Origin: Schmidtea polychroa
Lineage: Eukaryota
Reading direction: 5' to 3'
Assembly (NCBI GenBank): GCA_044892525.1
Contig: CM097885.1
Coordinates: 12,774,001-12,838,000, forward strand
Length of the DNA stretch: 64,000 nt
Shown here: one piece after another, positions 56,301-64,000 of the stretch
Position numbering within the stretch: the stretch's first letter is position 1
Layout: the number at the start of each line of letters is the position of its first letter
Notes under the pieces: model-generated
The model's input: the letters and a program-made list of their open reading frames with translations, nothing else
Databases searched by the model: none
Told to the model about the DNA's origin: nothing
Made by a program: the position numbers and the translations under genes

Positions 56301-58323
56301 AATGGATATATTCGGCTAGATGTTTAAAGGGGTAGAAATATTTGCTGAGAGATCGGTTAAGATGGGAAAATATGATCTTTTGAGGGAGATATAGTCGGTT
56401 AGATTTAATGAGAGATCGGATAAGGTAGGAATATATCATTGTAAAGGAGATATAGTCGATTGAATTTAATGAAGGATAGGTTAAGATGGGAATATATGAT
56501 TTTTTAAGGGTGATGTTGGTAAAATATCAATGTTTTAAGGGAAATTGCAATACATTAGTCACTTATGAATCAATAATAATTATATCGTTTTATTAGGTTG
56601 TGATTAATGCACAGTAAATTAATTTAGATTTATGTCTTAGAACAATGTTTTATTAAGTAGGGATAATGATCTATTTACTTGGTTTTGACAATGAAAACTT
56701 TACAGATAATTGGGATTGATATCAACTTTAAATTATTTTTATCTTTATTTAGACGGACAACGACAAAAGTTTAGAAATATGGACTTAAAACATTGACTAA
56801 AAAAAATTGATCTTTATTGGAAGAAATCTATCGATTGATTTTAATTAGTAAATATATTGGTTGAATATCGGTAAAAATGATCATTCGAAGAAATATATTT
56901 AATTGAATGGATAAATTTAATCTTTCAATGGGACCTAGTCAGTTATATTGTAGTAATATTTATTTAAAATTTCAAATAGAGTGATTTATTTTTAGAATAA
57001 AAATTTAATTATAACCGGTTTTATCATTAGATTTCATAAATTATTTTAGGGTTAATGACCAAATTATTTTACATGTTTTATAGGAAAATATTCGTGATAA
57101 TAGGAATTAAAGTTAGAATTATAGTAATTTAAAGGGGATTTTAAGCAATCTTATTAGTCTGAGGTAAATATATAACCTTTTAAGGATATTTATCATTAAA
57201 ATATCAATCTTTAAAGATAGAGTTATTTCAAGGAAATTTGATGCTTTTTAGATGATATTTGTAATAATATGAATTAAGGGTTGAAATATAGTCATTTAAG
57301 GGATTTTAAGGAATCTTATTAGTTTGAGGTGAATATATGATCTTTAACAAGTACTTATCGATAAGATACTAATCTTAAAAGATAGAGATATTTCAGGGAA
57401 ATTTGATGCATTTTAGATGATTTTATTGGAGAATTCACTTGGATATACCAATTATTGTCATTTAAATGAATTTACTGGTTTGTTAGTTTTCTAGTCTCTT
57501 TAGGAATTTAATGATAATTATTTTTATTGTAGATTGATGACATTGATAATTTTAATGAATTTATACTGATTTTTGAATATTTGGAGCAATCAGTCAATCA
57601 ATTTGAGTACATGTATTACTTTTAAAAAAAATAATTAAAATTAATTTTATTTCAATTAATTTATTCAATCTAAATCAATTATCTACTAAATCTTATCTTA
57701 TTCATTTATTATCTTAGTTGATTCAACTTGAATGATCAAATATTTTTTTTTATTTACTGGATGATTAATGACTAGATTTTTTTCTTGTCCATTAATTACA
57801 TTTTTATAATAATTATTTGGTATATTTTGAATAATTTAATTTTTTTTACAAAAATTTAATCAATTTTTACCTAGTTATTGGTAAATCTTAAAAGTGCCTT
57901 GAGTTCAATTAATTTTTCATCCAATATTTTCAGGCGAAGAGCATTTTCTTTTAAAGATCAATTTGTTAGTACATAGTTGTAGGTTGTAAGTAGTTGGTTG
58001 ACTTTTTCGATTTTGATAAGAAGATAGTGTATGTGATGAAGAATATTTTGTATTTAATTGTTATTATTTTGCTATTATATTGCTATTAACTGATTGTTGG
58101 TACTTGGTATCTAGTTGTTGATATCTTGTATTTGGTAGTTGGTACAGTGTTGTTTACTGATTGTTGTTATATAGTTGTAGGTTGATATTTGTTAATTTGT
58201 AAGTATGTGGTTGTTTGAGAGTTAGTTAGTACGTGATATCATGTTGAAAGTATTTGTTAGCACCTAGTTAAAAATATTTAGTAACCGATTGTTGGTAACT
58301 GTTTAATTATTATTATAATTATA

Positions 58324-58357
<34 letters not shown>

Positions 58358-61300
58358 CATTAAAATTTCCATTTAAATTTTCATTATAAATTACATTTCT
58401 CAAAAAAGTTGGTGGTTATTCAATCTTTTGATAATAAATTTAAAAATCTTAGTTTAATTTACTTATTACATTACTTATTTAAAAATTATTACTTTAATTT
58501 ACTCCTTTAGCTTTAATTTAAAATTTAAACCATTGGTTACTTAATTTTAAATTTTGAACCTTAATTTTCCTTAATTTATCCTTATTTTACCTAATTATTC
58601 TTTATTTCTTAATTTTACAATATAATTTACTTAACAACTAAATGTAATCCTTATTTTTATATTTAACCAATAATTTCATGTGGTCATCTGGTTGTAAGTG
58701 TTTGGTATCTAGTTGACAGTGCTTAGTAATAGGTAAGTTACTTGGTTGTTAGTACTTGGTTGATAATGCTTAGTGTCTGGTTGTTAGTTGGTTGTATGTA
58801 CTTGGTAGGCTGTTGTAGGTACTTAGCAGTTGGTAATTAATGCTTAGTACCTAGTTGTATGTACTTGGTATCTGGTAACTGGTTGTTAGTAACTAGTTGT
58901 AGGTACTTAGTAGTTGGTTGATAATGCTTAGTAGCTGGTTGATGTTGGTTGTATGTACTTGGTAGCAGGTAACTAGTTGTAGGTATCTGGTTGTATTTAC
59001 TTGGTATCAGGTAACTGGTTGTTTGTAACTAGTTGTAGGTACTTGGTATCTGGTAATTGGTTGTAAGTATCTGGTTGTTTGAGAGTTAGTTAGTACGTGG
59101 TATCTAGTTGTAAGTACTTGGTAGCAGGTAACTGGTTGTTTGTAACTAGTTGTAGGTACTTGGTATCTGGTAATTGGTTGTAAGTATCTGGTTGTTTGAG
59201 AGTTAGTTAGTACGTGGTATCTAGTTGTAAGTACTTGGTAGCAGGTAACTGGTTGTTAGTAACTAGTTGTAGGTACTTGGTATCAGGTAATTGGTTGTTA
59301 GTAACTAGTTGTAAGTATTTGGTATCAGGTAACTGGTTGGTTGGTTGTTTTTGGTTGTTAGTATCTAGTTGTAGGTACTTGGTATCAGGTAACTGGTTAA
59401 TTGGTAGGTGGTAGCTAGTTGGTTGTAGGTACTTAGTAGCAGGTAACTGGTTGTTAGTAACTAGTTGTAGGTATCTGGTTGTTGGCGGTTGTTAGTACTT
59501 GGTATCTAGTTGGTTGCTATCAGGTAACTAGTTGTTAGTAACTAGTTGTAGGTATCTGGTTGTTAATACATGTTCGTAAGTTACTGGTTGTTGGTACTAA
59601 GTTGTTGGTTTGTTGTTGAATTATTATTAAAATTTGTCTTTAAAAAATATTTCAAAAAAATTTTCATTAAAAATTATCTTAAAAATTTCCATCTAAAATT
59701 AACATTGAAAAATATTTCATAAAAATCTCCATTAAAAATTAACTTAAAAAATTATTCCATAAAAATTTCTATTAAAAATTACTTAAAAAATTATTTCATT
59801 AAAATTTTCATTAAAAAATTTCAATTCTCAAACACCTATTATTTCAACTTTTTGTTAATAAATTTTAAAATCTTACTTTAATTTACTTTAATTTACTTAT
59901 TTAAAAATTATTACTTTAAATTTTTTTTACCATTGATTACTTAATTTTAAAATTTGGACCATTATTTACTGTAATTTAATTTTTAAGAACCTTAATTTAC
60001 TTTAATTTAATTTTTAGAACCTTAATATACTTTAATTTTAAAATTTGAGCCATAATTTACTGTAATTTAATTTTTTAGAACCATTATTTACTTTAATTTA
60101 ATTTTTTAGGACCATAATTTACTTTAATTTTAAAATTTGAGCCATAATTTACTGTAATTTAATTTTTTAGAACCATTATTTACTTTAATTTAATTTTTTA
60201 GGACCATAATTTACTTTAATTGAAAAATTTTGACCATTAATTACTTTATTTCGAAAATATGAACCTTAATTTACTTATTTTGACCATAATTTACTTTAAT
60301 TTAATTTTTTAGGACCATTATTTACTTTAATTTAAAAATTTGGACCATTATTTACTGTAATTCAAAAATTTGGACCATTATTTACATTAATTTAATTTTT
60401 AGAACCATAATTTACTTTAATTTAATTTTTAGAACCATAATTTACTTTAATTTAAAAATTTGGACCATTATTTACTTTAATTTAATTTTTAAGAACCATT
60501 ATTTACTGTAATTCAAAAATTTGAGCCATAATTTACTGTAATTCAAAAATTTTGACCATAATTTACTTTAATTGAAAAATTTACCACGTTTTTTAGTGTA
60601 GACCACCTTTTTCTCAGGACCAAGGAGACCCACCTTAATTTAATTCGAAAAATCCATGCTTTTTTAGTGATAGTCGGATTTTTGTATTGAAAATATCCTG
60701 AGACCTTAAATTACCATGCTTTTTTACTGGTAGTCGGATTTTTGTATTGAAAATATCCTGAGACCTTAAATTACCATGCTTTTTTATTGAAGACCACCTT
60801 TTTGTATTGAAAATATCCTGAGACCTTAAATTACCATGCTTTTTTACTGGTAGTCGGATTTTTGTATTGAAAATCCCAGGACCATCGAGACCCCCTCACT
60901 ATAGTGTGAAAATTCCATGCTTTTTTAGTGGTAGTCGGATTTTGTATTGAAAATCCCAGGACCATCGAGACCCCCTCACTATAGTGTGAAAATTCCATGC
61001 TTTTTTAGTGGTAGTCGGATTTTGTAATGAAAATCCCAGGACCATCGAGACCCCCTCACTATAGTGTGAAAAATCCACGCTTTTTTATTGGTAGTCGGAT
61101 TTTTGTATTGAAAATCCCAGGACCATCGTTTTTGTATTGAAAAAATTTTTTTGTATTGAAAATCCCAGGACCATAGAGACCCCATCACTATAGTGTGAAA
61201 ATTCCATGCTTCTTTATTGAGACCACCTTTTTCTATTGAAAAAATTTTTTTTGTATTGAAAATCCCAGGACCATCGAGACCCCCTCACTATAGTCTAATA

Positions 61301-61428
61301 AAAAAAATTTGGACCAAAAATCCCTGAAAGCAAAAAAATGAGTTGGGAACAATTGCGTAATAAAAAGTTGGGAACAATTTACCCCCCCCCGGGGGGTAAT
61401 TGTTCCCTTACGCCACTATCTACCTACT
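53315..61428 (-). repeat. Arm R2 (8.1-kb right terminal inverted repeat)
   Basis: Reverse complement of L1 with longer GT-rich and 31-bp repeat blocks; ends CTACCTACT. Confidence 0.92.
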
Positions 61429-61689
61429 CATACACAATTTATCCATATACTCTAAAATTTTAATTATATTTTTAATTATTATTATTAATTGTTGTTGAAC
61501 TATTGTTAAAAAATAACTTTTTTACAATTTTATATTTTTTAACAAAATTTAAAAAAAAAGAAAATTATTGAAACTGGGCCCAATATATTTTTAAATGTTG
61601 ATAATATTAATTTAATTATCTAATAAATTTAAAAATTTGAAATAACTTAGATTTTTATGAATGGAATTAAAATAGAATACACATGGATA

Positions 61690-62460
61690 AGGGTCTACGA
61701 CAAAAGGCTGAAAACCAAAAGGCCGACGAGGACAAATAGCCGACAGACAAATGGCCAACAGAGATAAAGGCTGACAAAGTACTTTTATGTCTCTTCCATG
61801 TTGTCCTCTGTCACCTAATACTTAATAATGAACTTTGAACAATTAATTTCTACTCATGCATACTTTGAATTACTTATAAAAGTTGATATTTGATTTTGTT
61901 ATTTATTATGGATAGAAATATTATGGTATAGGTAGATAGGATAAATAAACAATTAAAATAACATCATTTATTTAAAGAAAAAAAATGCAGAAAAATAAAT
62001 AATACATTAATAATCTAAAAACTTAAATTATACGCTATTCCCCGTAAAGATTTTAAAGATGCTCTATTATGTTGTTCATTTTCAAATCGTTGCTAATCTT
62101 TGGTCCTTCTCTACATATGTTTTTTGCGTTTAGGGTATGGTTGCCCCAGAATTATGGATTCCATTTCACCTGAAGTGTTGTCTTGTTCTTGTCGTAACAG
62201 CTTAATTAGGTAGAATATTCCAGGATGATTTTTTCCAACCAATATTTGACAACCCTCTACTTTCATTTGAAGTTCTTGGTATGCCGTTTATTTTGTTGTC
62301 ATATACAGACCAAAGTTGAGGCTGAAAAAGTGGTGGGACTCTCACTTCTCTTCGATTTATGTTCCTTTATCGGCCATTCACATAATTTTCTTCTAACTAC
62401 GTCTAAACGCTTCCGGAATTTTTGCAATAGGCAGAAACGCTAGTGCCGCAATTTTTCTCA
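61690..62460 (-). pseudogene. MULE (Mutator-like) transposase C-terminal remnant with subterminal GACAAA-GGCCGAC repeats (61700-61777)
   Basis: Minus strand gives KIAALAFLPIAKIPEAF, PLFQPQLWSVYDNK..GIPRTSN, HPGIFYLIKLLRQEQ and LRGIAYNL, motifs typical of invertebrate MULE transposases. Confidence 0.8.
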
Positions 62461-63079
62461 TTAAAAGATAGACGTTTTCATTTTGTCCATATAATCAGAC
62501 AATAATTTAAAAAGTGAGTTTTCAAAGTTTTCATTAAAAATCTGAAAAATAATTTGTTAGTAGTAATTATTCATTTTTTAGGAGTAAATTATGTCAAAAC
62601 ACTTTATAAACCTTTTACATTTTGTAAAGCGGTGTACAAAATTGAAGGTGTAACTGTTAATCACTTTTTAGAACAAAGGTGAATATGTATGTTTCTTATA
62701 ATATCATTTATCGATTATTTTTTTTATTATATTATAAACTGAAAGTTAATAACAAATAATATAATTGTAATAATTAAAAGATCGACATTTTTTCTTTGCT
62801 TTCCTATTGGACCAGGCTTTCTCGTTTACGATCACCTGACCAAAAAAGACAAGGACAACTTCAGCGCAATAGAAAAAGCTTTAACATATGTCTTTTCGAT
62901 TGCCATGAAATGAAGAGCCATCTATGTATACCTTATGGACCTACAATGATTGACCACATTGTCTTGGAAAAATGATGATGGGCTCCTCAAGAGAAGGTTT
63001 ATAGTCGACCTCCAATCAATGATCTCCCATAAGCTTAAAGCTTCAATAAGGATCTTCAAAATGATTCTTTCAGAAGTTC

Positions 63080-63975
63080 TTTGACATGTTGAAGCACTAA
63101 TATCCGAACAAACCAGCTCTGCTAATGGCAATGAAAGAAAGTTGTTTTGGTTTATTATCCGTTTGCAAGGTGGCTTAGAGTGGCTTGCAGTTTTATCAAG
63201 AAAGTTAAGATGGCACAAATTGGATGATCTCCTCGGATTAGATTGAAATGATGAGTAACATCGAACTGGATCTGGTTTATAAACATCAGTAAGTACTAAT
63301 TGTATGAAACAATGCTAGTAGTTTAGCAATGAGAGTCGCATTGGTAATAAATGGATGCAATTTGGCTTAAGAAAAGTAATGACCATCCACATATAAACCT
63401 CACTGAGCTCGATGCAGTTCTTATAGGTGTAAACTTAGCAATAAAATCGGGCGTTAACAACTCAAACTGATGATGGACTCGGCCATGGTGGTAGGCTGGC
63501 TGAGAACATTTCTTAACAATGAAGGTAGGATTCGTGTCCATGGGATTTCAGAAACTCTAATTTGACGTCGCTTATGAATAATAATAGACATTACCGAAAA
63601 TGACAGAATCTCCATTTGTATACAATTGGTTAAATCAGAGAAAAACCGAGCAGATATACTGACGCGCGTTACAAATAGATAGTTAAAGTTTAAAGCATAT
63701 TTAAACTGTCTGGGCTTATCGTCAGAAGAAGATAAGAACTGTGACAGCAATAACCATTTGGACCATGGAATACCATGGCTTGTAGCAAACATTCGAGTTT
63801 TGACAAATCAATCGAATCCAGCGATCTTGAATATAAATTTGAAGATAATCACGTTGACGTCAGAAATCCAGAAAAGAGTGAGAAAAATTAACATTTGGCT
63901 CTCACCTGAACGAAGCCTTCCTATTTTGATCAGTACGCATTGGATTTGTCCTATTGATCACCGGGGAATGGGATA
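63080..63975 (+). pseudogene. LTR-retrotransposon pol remnant (RT connection, RNase H, start of integrase)
   Basis: Broken frames give YYPFARWLRVACSFIKK, NASSLAMRVAL (DAS-like), HINLTELDAVLIGVNLAIK, MDSAMVVGWL and VKSEKNRADILTRV. Confidence 0.8.
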
Positions 63976-64000
63976 ATTAAATTAAATCACATTCAATTAA

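Noticed and set aside
60640..61295. ~79-bp repeats with an internal palindrome (CACTATAGTG) resembling a CRISPR array; also at 2000-2325 and 25230-25730
   Set aside because: The units are tandem with no unique spacers, there are no cas genes, and the context is eukaryotic. They are subterminal minisatellites of the TIR.

Overview
Very AT-rich (roughly 75-80% by eye) eukaryotic, almost certainly metazoan, DNA: it holds a two-exon caveolin gene with a 40-nt GT-AG intron. Positions ~2.4-25 kb and >61.4 kb are mostly transposon remnants: a Polinton/Maverick pPolB pseudogene, a Penelope-like element, pogo/Tigger, Tc1/mariner, Gypsy RT and RNase H fragments, a hAT element with an 8-bp TSD, a full-length Merlin element with an 8-bp TSD, and a MULE fragment. 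The dominant feature is a 36.3-kb, apparently non-coding element at 25098-61428. It has Polinton/Maverick-type ends (5'-AGTAGGTAG...CTACCTACT-3') and a perfect 6-bp target-site duplication (CATACA). It is a dimer of a ~19.6-kb unit made of 7-8-kb inverted arms around a 4.2-kb core. The two cores face opposite ways, so the whole element is a giant nested palindrome. Each core carries a ~355-nt 7SL/SRP-RNA-like sequence with a well-formed Alu domain but no canonical SRP54-binding helix 8, downstream of three short intron-like segments. The right end of a related element occupies 1-2442. All calls were made by eye, without database searches, and assembly artefacts cannot be excluded.
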